A stretch of 32,000 nt of DNA from an uncultured Actinomycetes bacterium (GCA_963843975.1 CAWJMG010000001.1:990001-1022000), one strand, 5' to 3'. Shown: positions 19,745-31,297, counted from the first letter of the stretch. A program made the numbers and translations. The notes: generated by a model from the letters alone, not told the origin.

Positions 19745-19859
19745 GAGTGGCTCCCCCCGTGAGCCTCCCCCGAGGCTCGGACCCGCATCGTGCCCCGTTG
19801 CCGCTGGCCCTGTCGCGCTGACGCGCGGCGATTGCTCCGAACGGCGCGGCTGCGACCGC

Positions 19860-20849
19860 TCAGCGGAATCCGTAGGTCGCGATCACGGCCCGATGGTCGG
19901 TGTCGGTGATGTCCACCGCCTCGAACGTGTCGGCGACGTACGCCGTGGAGCGCATGAGGACGTGGTCGATCGCGACCACGGGCGGGACGCTGCGGCCGAC
20001 GGGGAACGTCGGCACGAAGCCCGCCCCCGCCTCGTCCGCGGCGTCGGCGTACCCGGCCGCCTCGTAGCGGCGCACGACGGCGTGGTCGCGGGTGGCGTTC
20101 AGGTCTCCCACGAGCGCGGTGGCGTCGGGCCCGCTCTCGACGAGGTCGAGCAGCAGAGCGTGTTCGTCGCGCCAGACGCTGTTGTCACGCACGCCCGGCG
20201 CGACGGGATGCGCGGCGATCACGGTGAGGCCGGCGCCGGTCTCGGCATCGACGGTGACGAACGCGCGCAGTGTGCGGGAGAAGAAGCCGGGCTCCTCGGT
20301 CGTGGCGCTCAGCGGGAGCCGCGACCAGATGCCCGTGCCCTGCACGCCGGGGGCGGGCTCGGCGTACCGGTTCGGGAGCAGCCGGTCGAGACCTGCACCC
20401 TCGAGACGGCGCATCGCCTCGGGCGTCAGCTCGAGGACGACGAGGACGTCGACGTCCTTGTCGCGCACGAGCGCGGTGAGGTCGTCGGCGGACGCGTCCC
20501 CGAAGCGGATGTTGCTGCTCGCGATGACGAGCGGCCGGTCGCCCGCAGGCGTGCGCGCGGTGTAGAGCGGCAGCAGCCACCAGCCCTGCAGAAGGAGGAG
20601 CGCGGCCGCGACGAGCGACGTCGCGCGGCTGCGGCCGAGGAGGGCGAGGACGAGCGCGACGACGGTGACCGGCAGGAACCACGGCACGAGCGACACGGCG
20701 TACGCCAGCGGCCCGACCTCGATGCCGAGCAGCCGCAGCGCGAGGACGAATGCCGTCCCGAGCACGAGCAGGACGGCCATGACCAGAGCGCCGCTGCGCC
20801 ACCAGGTGCGCGGCCGTGCCTCGTCCTCCACGGGGCCAGTCTCACCCAC
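19860..20849 (-). CDS. Membrane-anchored endonuclease/exonuclease/phosphatase (EEP) family protein
   Basis: GTG 20849. Three N-terminal TM helices, then an EEP-type core: VIASSNIRFG, VDVLVVLELT, VIAAHPVAPG, LVGDLNATRDH, IDHVLMRS, TDHRAVIATY. Confidence 0.8.
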   Translation of the reverse strand: MGETGPVEDEARPRTWWRSGALVMAVLLVLGTAFVLALRLLGIEVGPLAYAVSLVPWFLPVTVVALVLALLGRSRATSLVAAALLLLQGWWLLPLYTARTPAGDRPLVIASSNIRFGDASADDLTALVRDKDVDVLVVLELTPEAMRRLEGAGLDRLLPNRYAEPAPGVQGTGIWSRLPLSATTEEPGFFSRTLRAFVTVDAETGAGLTVIAAHPVAPGVRDNSVWRDEHALLLDLVESGPDATALVGDLNATRDHAVVRRYEAAGYADAADEAGAGFVPTFPVGRSVPPVVAIDHVLMRSTAYVADTFEAVDITDTDHRAVIATYGFR

Positions 20850-20919
20850 CGGGGCCTGACGTGCGGCGCGGGCCGCCGCCCGGCCTCAGCCGGACGACGA
20901 CCCGCGTCGGAGAGCGTGA

Positions 20920-23408
<2,489 letters not shown>

Positions 23409-23626
23409 GGTGGGGGTCCGCCTCACGTGTGCGATACCGACAGGGATGCCTGCAAACGTGGTCATCGTACCGGCGGGAGAAATCGCACCACCCTCGCGTC
23501 CGAATGGTGGGATATCCGTCTCGTGCCCCAGATCGGCGGACGAACCTTCTGCGGAGGAGGCGTCCGGGGCCGTTCCCGACGAAGGATCCACGGTCTCCGG
23601 CCCGGTCGTGCCGGACGTCGTCGGCG

Positions 23627-24406
23627 CTACAGCGCCGGCAGCCCGGCCTCGATCGCGGCCCACGAGCGGGCAGGCGTGGTCGCGCCCTCGACGGCGACCA
23701 GTCGCACGACCGAGCCGGTGCGCGTCACGAGCTCGCGCCACGTCGTGCCGAACGCCGAGTCGACCTGCACGCTCGCATAGGCACCGGCCGGCGCCTTCGC
23801 CCGCGTGACGACCATCGAGCCGCCCGGCCCGGCGACGCAGCGGCCGAGCGCGGCGGTGTAGAGCCCGACGAAGCGCTTCGCGGACGCCTCGCTGCCGAAG
23901 TCGAGGGCGAGCGCGACGCCGTGCGCACCGCTCGCGCGGTAGGCGTAGTCGACCTCGAGCGCGTGCTCGGGCACGGGGAGGTCGTCGGCGTACACGGACT
24001 CGTCGGCGCAGCCGATGGGCCGGACGGCCTGGATCACGTCCTGCGGGTCACGCGCGGTCACGGGCGTGCCGTTGCCGGTGTAGCCGTCCTCGGCGCTGCC
24101 GGGGTCGACGCGGGCGACCCAGCCGCCGCCGAGCGCATCGGGATCGGGCAGCGCCTTGCCGCTGAGCGGTCCGCTGCTCGTGGCCGGGGTCGCCGTACGG
24201 TCGAGGCCGGAGGGACTCGCCGACGGGGACGGCGACGTCTCGGACGCGCTCGGCGTGACGGTCGCCGCGGGCGTGCTGCTCGGGCTCACGGCCACCGGCT
24301 CGCTCGACGCGGTCGGCTCGGGGCTCGCGGACGAGCAGCCCGCGACGAGGACGACGACGGCGAGGGCCACGGCGACGGCGCGCAGGCGCGGGGCGTCAGC
24401 CGCCAT
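23627..24406 (-). CDS. Lipoprotein, function unknown
   Basis: 259 aa. Signal peptide and lipobox [20 protein letters not shown], a Ser/Pro/Thr-rich linker, then a globular C-terminal domain. The ATG at 24406 overlaps the upstream M15 gene end by 11 nt. Confidence 0.75.
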   Translation of the reverse strand: MAADAPRLRAVAVALAVVVLVAGCSSASPEPTASSEPVAVSPSSTPAATVTPSASETSPSPSASPSGLDRTATPATSSGPLSGKALPDPDALGGGWVARVDPGSAEDGYTGNGTPVTARDPQDVIQAVRPIGCADESVYADDLPVPEHALEVDYAYRASGAHGVALALDFGSEASAKRFVGLYTAALGRCVAGPGGSMVVTRAKAPAGAYASVQVDSAFGTTWRELVTRTGSVVRLVAVEGATTPARSWAAIEAGLPAL

Positions 24407-25949
24407 TGCTGCTGAAATGCTGGTAGTCCGGCGGCGACCAGCGTCCGCCCCACACCCACCCGAACGCGCGGAACGTCTGCGCCACCACGCTCCACGACGA
24501 GATGACGCCGTGGTCGTCGAGGTTCTGCTTGCGGAACAGGTAGTACGGGTACCTCGCCGCCGACGGGTAGACGCGAGACCAGGTCACGTACGGGTTCTCG
24601 AAGGTGTTGATGTCGATCGCGTTGCCGAACGAGTGCTGGCTGATCCGGTAGCGGTTGCCCGTGACCGGGCGGCAGTTGTACGCCGAGGTGTTGCCGGCGT
24701 TCATCGCGGCGATGTCCGAGCCGCTGGGAGAGCGGTTGCCGCCGAGGTAGTAGTAGTCGACCGGGCGCACCTGCTTAAAGCGGAACTTCAGCTCGAACGA
24801 CTTCGTGAACACAGCGCGCACGGTCTTCACCGCGTAGTCGCGCAGGATGATGTCGCCGCGCTGCACGCTGCCGTCGTACGCCCAGTAGTTCACGGTGAGG
24901 CGGCGCAGCTTGGACGGCCCGACCGGGCAGCCGTTGCGGTACGAGTACTTCACCGACGAGCGCGTGAGCGGGCCGGACACCACGGCGTCCGCGGCCGCCG
25001 TCACGGTCGTCGTCGTCATGGTCGTCGCGGACGAGCCGTCGGCCCAGACCGCGCGCGCACGCCAGGTGATGCTGCCCACGACGTTGGGCCGATGGGCGAC
25101 CCACCAGACGCCGCTGACCGTCGGCTTCGTCGACGCGACGGTCACCCAGCCGCTCGCCCGCAGGCGCTGCACGCTGACCGTGATGGGTCCGCCCGAGAGC
25201 GGGTCGACGGCGCCGGAGAACGTCATCGAGCGCTGCGCGTACGCCGTGGCCGGAGCCGAGAGCGTGACCGAGTGACCGGGTGTCGAGGCCAGCGTGGTCA
25301 CCGTGACCGTGCCCTCCGCCGTACGGCCGGTGGCCGAGGTGAGCGTGTAGGCGAACGACTCGACGCCGGTCCAGCCGGTGTCGGGCGTGTAGAGCACGCC
25401 GGTGCCGGCATCGACCGTCGCGGATCCGCGCCGCGGGTCACCGACCGCCGTGACGGTGAGGGCCGAGTCGTACGGGTCGGTGTCGTTGCCGAGCAGAGGG
25501 ATGCGCACCTGTACGCCGGGCGGAGTGGTGGCGGTGTCGGGGCCGGCGGTCGGGGGCGCGGGCGCGACCGTGGCGGTCACCGTCGCGGTCGAGTCCTGGC
25601 CGGACGAGTCCGACAGCGTGTACGTGAACGTGTCGACGCCGTACCAGCCGGCATCGGGCGTGTACGAGACCGCGGGCCGCTCGACCCCGCTGACGGTCAC
25701 CGCCGTCACGACCACATCGCCGTGATCGGGGGCGCCGACCTGGTTCGCGCGCGGCAGCGAGAGGTCGGGGGCGCCGGTCCACGTGTCGTTGGCCAGGACG
25801 TCGACCACGGCGGTCGTGCCGCCCTGCAGCGCGGCGGCGTCGTCCACAGCCGTGGGCGCGAGCGTGCCGGCGTCGGCAGGCACGACGGTGAACGCGCTCG
25901 CGAGCGCGACCACCGCGGTGGCTGACACGAGCCGTGCAAGGCGCCGCAC
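24396..25949 (-). CDS. Secreted protein with cadherin/Ig-like repeats and a C-terminal M15 (VanY / D-Ala-D-Ala carboxypeptidase-like) metallopeptidase domain
   Basis: Signal peptide MRRLARLVSATAVVALASAFTVVPADA. Two repeats of the type xAVDDxA...VDVLANDT / IPLLGNDTDP...YTPDxGWxGVDxFTYT. The C-terminus carries SQHSFGNAIDIN (M15 HxxxxxD zinc motif) and PPDYQHF (second His). Confidence 0.8.
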   Translation of the reverse strand: MRRLARLVSATAVVALASAFTVVPADAGTLAPTAVDDAAALQGGTTAVVDVLANDTWTGAPDLSLPRANQVGAPDHGDVVVTAVTVSGVERPAVSYTPDAGWYGVDTFTYTLSDSSGQDSTATVTATVAPAPPTAGPDTATTPPGVQVRIPLLGNDTDPYDSALTVTAVGDPRRGSATVDAGTGVLYTPDTGWTGVESFAYTLTSATGRTAEGTVTVTTLASTPGHSVTLSAPATAYAQRSMTFSGAVDPLSGGPITVSVQRLRASGWVTVASTKPTVSGVWWVAHRPNVVGSITWRARAVWADGSSATTMTTTTVTAAADAVVSGPLTRSSVKYSYRNGCPVGPSKLRRLTVNYWAYDGSVQRGDIILRDYAVKTVRAVFTKSFELKFRFKQVRPVDYYYLGGNRSPSGSDIAAMNAGNTSAYNCRPVTGNRYRISQHSFGNAIDINTFENPYVTWSRVYPSAARYPYYLFRKQNLDDHGVISSWSVVAQTFRAFGWVWGGRWSPPDYQHFSSNGG

Positions 25950-26011
25950 TGCCCCACCCCTGTCCCGGTGCCGACGTGGCCACCCCAGCAGTGACGAGCA
26001 CGAACGGTTCC

Positions 26012-26028
26012 TAGTCGTGAATCGACTA
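26012..26028. promoter_or_regulatory. Palindrome TAGTCG-N5-CGACTA in the AT-richer spacer upstream of the M15 peptidase gene
   Basis: TAGTCGTGAATCGACTA lies 63-79 nt upstream of the M15 gene start (25949, minus strand). It is the locally lowest-GC stretch of this intergenic region. Confidence 0.25.
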
Positions 26029-26102
26029 TGACACGGGGCCCCTTGAGGTCTGGGCCACCGTCCGCTGGCCGAACCTGTGCGTGTCCCGGTCCGGAGCCCG
26101 TG

Positions 26103-26696
26103 CTACCGGGCGGGATCGACGTCGACGTCGGTGTCGATCGGCACCTCGAGGCGCACGTGCGCGACGAGCGACTGCAGCGCGCGCAGCGCCGCCGAGGCCG
26201 CGACGCCCCAGGTCGAGAGGTACGAGAACTGCCACCACCAGAGGGCCTCGAGCGGGCGGCCCGCGGCGTGGTGGGCGAGGCCGTGCAGCAGGTCGGACGT
26301 GATCTGGGACAGGTCGTCCGACAGCCGCGCGGCCATGACCTCGGGGCCGGCGTACGGGTCGAACACCTCGACGTAGTCGTCGACGGGGCCGAGCAATTCG
26401 TGCAGGCGGTTGCGCAGCTTGTCGATGTCGGGCTCGGCACCGGCGTCCGGCTCGAAGCGGTCGTCGGGCACGACGTCCTCGATCGCGCCGAGCGGCGCGC
26501 CGGCCGCGAGGAGCGAGGACAGCTCGAGCAGCAGGATCGACACCGACTCGTCCGGAGTGCCCGCGCTGGCGACCACCTCGATGCTGCGCACGAACTGCGC
26601 GGCCGCACCGGCCATGTGGTCGGACAGGTCGACGAGGTCGGCCGGGGCCGGGTCAACCTCGAGGTCGGGGCTCTGCACCTTGTCGCTCATGGGCAC
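26103..26696 (-). CDS. DUF5063 domain-containing protein
   Basis: 197-aa acidic protein (…LLLELSSLLAAG…LWWWQFSYLSTWGVAASAALRALQSLVAH…) immediately downstream of recR, the usual actinobacterial position for DUF5063. The start is GTG 26696 or ATG 26690. Confidence 0.75.
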   Translation of the reverse strand: MPMSDKVQSPDLEVDPAPADLVDLSDHMAGAAAQFVRSIEVVASAGTPDESVSILLLELSSLLAAGAPLGAIEDVVPDDRFEPDAGAEPDIDKLRNRLHELLGPVDDYVEVFDPYAGPEVMAARLSDDLSQITSDLLHGLAHHAAGRPLEALWWWQFSYLSTWGVAASAALRALQSLVAHVRLEVPIDTDVDVDPAR

Positions 26697-26702
26697 AGCG
26701 TG

Positions 26703-27302
26703 TCAGAACTCGACGCGTCGACGTCCCTCGAACGCGCGCCCGAGCGTCACCTCGTCGGCGTACTCGAGGTCGCCGCCCACGGGGAGGCCGCTCGCGAGGC
26801 GCGTGACGGCGAGCCCGAGGGGCTTGGTGAGGCGGGCCAGGTAGGTGGCCGTCGCCTCACCCTCGAGGTTGGGGTCCGTGGCGAGGATGAGCTCGACGAT
26901 GCTGCCGTCGGCGAGCCGCGTCATGAGCTCCTTCACGCGGAGGTCGTCGGGCCCGATGCCTTCGATCGGGCTGATCGCGCCGCCCAGCACGTGGTAGCGC
27001 CCGCGGAACTCGCGCGTGCGCTCGATCGCGACGATGTCCTTGGGCTCCTCGACGACGCACAGCACCGTCGGGTCGCGACGAGGGTCCTTGCAGATGCGGC
27101 ACTCGACGTCCTCGGCGACGTTGCCGCAGATCGCGCAGAAGCGCACCTTCTCCTTGACCTCGAGCAGCGCGTTCGCGAGGCGGCGTACGTCGGTGGGCTC
27201 GGCCTGCAGGATGTGGAACGCGATGCGCTGCGCGCTCTTGGGCCCGACGCCCGGGAGACGGCCCAGCTCGTCGATGAGGTCCTGGACGATGCCCTCGTAC
27301 AC
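26703..27302 (-). CDS. recR: Recombination mediator RecR
   Basis: 199 aa [32 protein letters not shown] (HhH), C4 zinc finger [16 protein letters not shown], Toprim region [17 protein letters not shown]...[13 protein letters not shown]. Confidence 0.97.
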   Translation of the reverse strand: MYEGIVQDLIDELGRLPGVGPKSAQRIAFHILQAEPTDVRRLANALLEVKEKVRFCAICGNVAEDVECRICKDPRRDPTVLCVVEEPKDIVAIERTREFRGRYHVLGGAISPIEGIGPDDLRVKELMTRLADGSIVELILATDPNLEGEATATYLARLTKPLGLAVTRLASGLPVGGDLEYADEVTLGRAFEGRRRVEF

Positions 27303-27327
27303 AGTGGTTGCCTGGTTCCTGTCCGGC

Positions 27328-29397
27328 TCAGCCGTTGTCGTACTCGGTCATGACCGTGCCGCCGAGCTCGCGCTGCACGAGCGCGAGACCGGACAGGCCG
27401 GTGTCGTCGACGTCGTCGTCGTCATCGCTGACGACGTCCGCCTCGGGCGGGGTCTGGGTGGCCTGCTCCTCGGCGACGACCGCGGCCGCGCGCTCGCGCG
27501 GGCTCGGGCCCTCGGGCTCGGACGGCGCGGGCTCGCTGTGGTCGGACGGCTCGGGCGCACGGGCGGGCTCGGGCGCGGTGGCGCGGCCCGGGTCGAGCAC
27601 GAGGTCGACGTCGACGTCGAGGCGCAGGACGTCGAGCACCGCGATCTTCAGCAGCTCGAGGTGGCCCTTGTTGCTGCGCAGGATGCCCATGCGGACCTTG
27701 TCCGGGTGGGCGAGCGTGAGCAGGCGCGTGCTGCGGCTGAGCGGCACCGCGCCCTCGGCCAGCGTGTGCGCGACCCGGCTCGAGGACTTCAGCGCCTCGA
27801 GCACGGCCGGCCACATCGACACGACGGGGCCGAGGTCGAGCGCCTCGTTGGGGTCGGTCGGAGCGGCGGTTGCGGCAGCGGCGGGCTCGTCGGCCGGGGC
27901 GGCCTCGGGCTCCGCGGCCACCGGCGCTGCTGCGTCGCCGGGTGCGGCGGTGGTCGGGGCGACGCTCGACAGCCGCGGCGGTGCCGGCGGGCCGCCCGCG
28001 GGCCGCTCGGCAGGGGCGGTCGCGGCGGGACGCGTGGGTGCCGGGCGCGACGGCGGCGCGACGGCCTCGGCGGTGCCGGCGGCGTCGGCCGGGGCAGCGG
28101 GCTCCGGCGTCGCGGCCGGCTCGACCGGCTCGGGAGCGGCCGGTGCAGCAGGAGCAGGCGCGGGAGCAGGCGCGACGGCGGCTGGACGCGCCGGCGGCTG
28201 CGGGCGCTGGGCCGGTGCGGCCGCGGGGTCGCCGAGGAACGAGACGCGGTGCTCGAGTCGCTCGAGGCGGGCAGCGACGCCTGCCTCGGAGCCGTCGGCC
28301 GCGGGCAGCAGCAGCCGGGCCATGAGCAGCTCGAGCTGCAGCCGCGGCGCGGTGGCGCCCTTGAGCTCGGAGAGGCCGACGCTCACGAGGTCGGCGGCGC
28401 GCGAGAGCTGGGCGAGGCCGAGGCGCGCGCTCTGCTCCTTCATCGTGGCGATGACGTTGTCGGGCGCGTCGATCAGGCCCTGGTCGGCGGCCTCGGGCAC
28501 CTCGTGCAGCACGACCAGGTCGCGCAGGCGCTCGAGCACGTCGGCCGCGAAGCGGCGGGGGTCGAGGCCGGACTCCACCACGGAGTCGACGACGGCGAAC
28601 ATCTCCGGGCCGTCGCTGTCGGCCAGAGCGTCGACCACGCGGTCGAGCAGTGCGGCGTCGGTGAAGCCGAGCTGGGCGACGGCATCGGCGTACGTCAGGC
28701 CCTCGGGGCCGCTGCCGGCGATGAGCTGGCCGAGCACCGACTGCGCGTCGCGCACTGAACCGGCGCCGGCGCGGGCGACGAGCGCGAGCGCCTCCGCCTC
28801 GTAGGGCACGCCCTCCTGGTCGCACATCCAGGCGAGGTGCTCCTGCAGGCGGCGCGCAGTGACGAGGCGGTAGGGGTAGTGGTGGGTGCGCGAGCGGATG
28901 GTGGCGAGGATCTTGTCCGGCTCGGTGGTCGCGAAGACGAACTTCAGGTGCGGCGGCGGCTCCTCGATCAGCTTGAGGAGGGCGTTCGCGGCATCGACGG
29001 TGAGCTGGTGGGCCTCGTCGATGATGTAGACCTTGTAGCGGCTCGCGGCGGGGGCGTACATCGCCTTCTCGCGGAGCTCGCGGGCGTCGTCGATGCCGCG
29101 GTGGCTCGCGGCGTCCATCTCGACGACGTCGATCGAGCCGGGGCCGTTGGGCGCGAGGTCCTGGCAGCTGCCGCACTCGCCGCAGGGGTCGGACGTCGGG
29201 CCCTTCTCGCAGTTGAGCGAGCGGGCCAGGATGCGCGCGGTCGAAGTCTTGCCGCAGCCGCGGGGGCCGGTGAACAGGTAGGCGTGGTGGGCCCGCCCGG
29301 TGTCGATCGCCCGGGCCAGCGGCACGGTGACGTGCTCCTGCCCGATGACGTCGGAGAGACGCCCGGGGCGGTAGGTGCGGTACAGGGCGAGGGACAC
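27328..29397 (-). CDS. dnaX: DNA polymerase III subunit gamma/tau
   Basis: GTG 29397. [23 protein letters not shown], Walker [16 protein letters not shown], zinc module [16 protein letters not shown], a long Ala/Pro-rich linker, and an acidic C-terminus ...[32 protein letters not shown]. Confidence 0.95.
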   Translation of the reverse strand: MSLALYRTYRPGRLSDVIGQEHVTVPLARAIDTGRAHHAYLFTGPRGCGKTSTARILARSLNCEKGPTSDPCGECGSCQDLAPNGPGSIDVVEMDAASHRGIDDARELREKAMYAPAASRYKVYIIDEAHQLTVDAANALLKLIEEPPPHLKFVFATTEPDKILATIRSRTHHYPYRLVTARRLQEHLAWMCDQEGVPYEAEALALVARAGAGSVRDAQSVLGQLIAGSGPEGLTYADAVAQLGFTDAALLDRVVDALADSDGPEMFAVVDSVVESGLDPRRFAADVLERLRDLVVLHEVPEAADQGLIDAPDNVIATMKEQSARLGLAQLSRAADLVSVGLSELKGATAPRLQLELLMARLLLPAADGSEAGVAARLERLEHRVSFLGDPAAAPAQRPQPPARPAAVAPAPAPAPAAPAAPEPVEPAATPEPAAPADAAGTAEAVAPPSRPAPTRPAATAPAERPAGGPPAPPRLSSVAPTTAAPGDAAAPVAAEPEAAPADEPAAAATAAPTDPNEALDLGPVVSMWPAVLEALKSSSRVAHTLAEGAVPLSRSTRLLTLAHPDKVRMGILRSNKGHLELLKIAVLDVLRLDVDVDLVLDPGRATAPEPARAPEPSDHSEPAPSEPEGPSPRERAAAVVAEEQATQTPPEADVVSDDDDDVDDTGLSGLALVQRELGGTVMTEYDNG

Positions 29398-29443
29398 GCG
29401 AGAACCCTAGTCGCCCCGCCGGACAGCGACCTACAGCCGGACG

Positions 29444-29528
29444 AGCCGGGCGATCTGCCCCCGAAGTGGTCGCTTCCCCGCCTGATTGGTCGCTTCTTCA
29501 CGACCGGACCGGGGGCAGATTCCCGGCT
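29444..29528 (-). terminator. Long-range stem (11 + 7 bp) enclosing a 2 x 10-bp direct repeat, between the HxlR stop and the dnaX start
   Basis: 29453-29463 ATCTGCCCCCG pairs with 29510-29520 CGGGGGCAGAT, extended by 29444-29450 with 29522-29528. The enclosed loop carries TGGTCGCTTC twice (29467-29476, 29487-29496) and a single complementary CGACC (29501-29505). Confidence 0.4.
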
Positions 29529-29532
29529 GTGA

Positions 29533-29914
29533 CTAGGCCGAGGCCTGGGCCTCGTCGTACGCCCCGCGCGAGCGGATGACGTCCTCGATGTGGTCGCGGG
29601 CCCAGGCGTCGAGCGCCGAGAGCGGCCCGGTGAGCGTGCGGCCGGCCGCCGTGCAGCTCGTACTCCACCTTCGGCGGCACGGCGGCATGCACGGTGCGCG
29701 TGACGAGGCCGTCGCGCTCCAGGCCGCGCAGGGTCTGGGTGAGCATCTTCTGGCTGACGCCGTCGATGCGGCGCGAGAGCTCGGAGAAGCGCATCGGGCC
29801 CTCACGCAGCGCACCGACCACGAGCACGGTCCAGCGGTCGCCGATGCGGTCGAGGATCGTCCGGGTCGCGCAGTTGCGGTGGTACGGGTCGGGCTCGAAG
29901 CCGCTGGCCTGCAT
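29533..29914 (-). pseudogene. HxlR-family winged-helix transcriptional regulator, interrupted by a +1 frameshift near 29653-29654
   Basis: ATG 29914 preceded by GGAGG (GTG 29920 is also possible). MQASGFEPDPYHRNCATRTILDRIGDRWTVLVVGALREGPMRFSELSRRIDGVSQKMLTQTLRGLERDGLVTRTVHAAVPPKVEYEL in one frame. The second frame continues TAAGRTLTGPLSALDAWARDHIEDVIRSRGAYDEAQASA to TAG (29533-29535). Confidence 0.85.
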
Positions 29915-30041
29915 GCTCACCTCCGGGTAAGTACCCCACTTTGAAGTGCCTGCTCTCCGATGGGAAGCGACTCCAGGGTACCCCGGTTGTGGAGGGCAGG
30001 CCGCCCACGGCCGTCACCGTCCGCACACCGAGGAGATCCGC

Positions 30042-30896
30042 ATGTCCGTCGTCGTCACCGCCGCCTCCAGCCACCTGGGCCGTCACGTGGTCGAGTCGCT
30101 GCTCGAGCGCGGCGTGCCCGCCGCCGAGATCACCGCCACCAGCCGCCGCACCGAGACGCTCGCCGACCTCGCCGAGCGCGGCGTGAACGTCATCGCAGCC
30201 GACTACCACGACGCCGCCGGCCTCGAGGCCGCGTTCGCCGGTGCCGACAAGGTGCTCCTGGTGTCGAGCGGCTCCTTCGACGACCGCGCCGGCCAGCACC
30301 GCAACGCCATCGCCGCGGCCAAGGCAGCCGGTGTGAAGCACGTCGTCTACACCTCGGGCCCGAAGGCCACGACGTCCTCGATCCTGCTGCTCGCCGACCA
30401 CGCGGCGACGGAGAACGCGCTGGCGGAGTCGGGCCTCGCCTGGACCGCGCTGCGCGACGGCTGGTACGTCGAGAACTACACCGCCCAGGTGCCGACGTAC
30501 CTCGAGCACGGCATGGTCGGCTCGGCCGGCGAGGGCCGCGTGAGCCTGGCGCTGCGCCGCGAGCTCGCCGAGGCCGCCGCGGTGGTCCTCACCACCGAGG
30601 GCCACGAGGGCAAGGCCTACGAGCTCGGCGGCGAGGCCGTGACGCTTACCGAGCTCGCCGCGATCCTGTCCGAGGTCACCGGCTCGACGATCACCTACAC
30701 CGACGTCCCGGTCGAGACCTTCCAGGGGATCCTGTCCGGCGCCGGCCTCCCCGACCCGCTGCCGCTGATCTTCTCCGACGTCGACCGCGGCATCGCCGCC
30801 GGCGAGCTGTACGTCGACCCCAGCGACCTCGCAGCCCTGCTCGGCCGCCCGGCCACCGGCGTGGCCGACGCCGCCCGCGAGGCCCTCGCCGGCTGA
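30042..30896 (+). CDS. NmrA/SDR-family NAD(P)H-binding oxidoreductase (YtfG-like)
   Basis: ATG 30042 with AGGAGA at 30031-30036. MSVVVTAASSHLGRHVVESLL (Rossmann N-terminus), GVKHVVYTS, WTALRDGWYVENY. It is divergent from the HxlR gene, a common regulator/oxidoreductase pairing. Confidence 0.85.
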   Translation: MSVVVTAASSHLGRHVVESLLERGVPAAEITATSRRTETLADLAERGVNVIAADYHDAAGLEAAFAGADKVLLVSSGSFDDRAGQHRNAIAAAKAAGVKHVVYTSGPKATTSSILLLADHAATENALAESGLAWTALRDGWYVENYTAQVPTYLEHGMVGSAGEGRVSLALRRELAEAAAVVLTTEGHEGKAYELGGEAVTLTELAAILSEVTGSTITYTDVPVETFQGILSGAGLPDPLPLIFSDVDRGIAAGELYVDPSDLAALLGRPATGVADAAREALAG

Positions 30897-30911
30897 CCGG
30901 ACCGCGGACGC

Positions 30912-30948
30912 AGGAAGGGCGGGCGCGCAGTGCGCTCCCGCCCTTCCT
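30912..30948. terminator. Bidirectional hairpin between the NmrA-like gene end and the tRNA-Ser 3' end
   Basis: AGGAAGGGCGGGCGCGC (30912-30928) pairs with GCGCTCCCGCCCTTCCT (30932-30948). That is 17 bp with one mismatch and a 3-nt loop. Confidence 0.6.
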
Positions 30949-30955
30949 CACGTGC

Positions 30956-31043
30956 TGGCGGAGGATAGGGGATTCGAACCCCTGAGGGGTTTCCCCCAAC
31001 ACGCTTTCCAAGCGTGCGCCCTAGGCCACTAGGCGAATCCTCC
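30956..31043 (-). tRNA. tRNA-Ser (anticodon GGA), CCA encoded
   Basis: The reverse complement reads GGAGGAT-TC-GCCTAGTGGCCTAGGGC-G-CACGC-TTGGAAA-GCGTG, a long variable arm (TTGGGGGAAACCCCTCA), then AGGGG-TTCGAAT-CCCCT-ATCCTCC-G-CCA. Confidence 0.95.
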
Positions 31044-31112
31044 GCCGCAGAGGATACGGGGCCGAGGAGGGTCATCACCAAACCGGCCTCCGGAGCACCC
31101 CTCCGCCTGCCG

Positions 31113-31118
31113 TAGAGT
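31113..31118 (+). promoter_or_regulatory. Candidate -10 hexamer TAGAGT for ffs
   Basis: TAGAGT sits a few nt upstream of the first base able to pair in the SRP RNA closing helix (about 31125). Confidence 0.35.
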
Positions 31119-31121
31119 GGG

Positions 31122-31216
31122 CGCCGACCCCCCGTGTGGCGTCACCCTGCCGAACTCCCCCAGGGCCGGAAGGCAGCAAGGGTAAGCGGGCTCTGACGGG
31201 TGCGCGGGGGGTCACC
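31122..31216 (+). ncRNA. ffs: Signal recognition particle RNA (small bacterial SRP / 4.5S type); ends approximate to about +-5 nt
   Basis: Contains CCAGGGCCGGAAGGCAGCAAGGGUAAG, matching the conserved domain-IV core (compare E. coli GGUCCGGAAGGAAGCAGCCAAGGCAG). The closing helix pairs GACCCCCCG (31126-31134) with CGGGGGGTC (31205-31213), and CGTCA (31140-31144) pairs with TGACG (31194-31198). Confidence 0.8.
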
Positions 31217-31297
31217 TCATTCCCGCGAGCGCCGTCCGGACTGCGTGCGGCGCGAGGCGCGCGGACGCTGCCTACGTGCCATCCGACGTTCGCCGCC

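Noticed and set aside
23409-23626. Possible lysine riboswitch in the ask (lysC) leader
   Set aside because: I could not recognise the conserved L-box core helices or sequence motifs by eye. Only a short CCCACC...GGGTGG hairpin is present, and lysine riboswitches are not characteristic of actinobacterial ask genes. A covariance-model scan would be needed to say more.
27860-28260. Highly repetitive GC-rich stretch (GCGGC/GGCGC motifs) that looks like a tandem repeat
   Set aside because: It lies in-frame within dnaX and encodes the Ala/Pro-rich tau linker (…[28 protein letters not shown]…). This is low-complexity coding sequence, not a noncoding repeat or CRISPR array.
27328-29397. dnaX programmed -1 frameshift producing the gamma subunit
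   Set aside because: I saw no A-rich slippery sequence (A AAA AAG type) or equivalent in the gene. The ORF is continuous, and the E. coli-type mechanism is not expected in this high-GC lineage.
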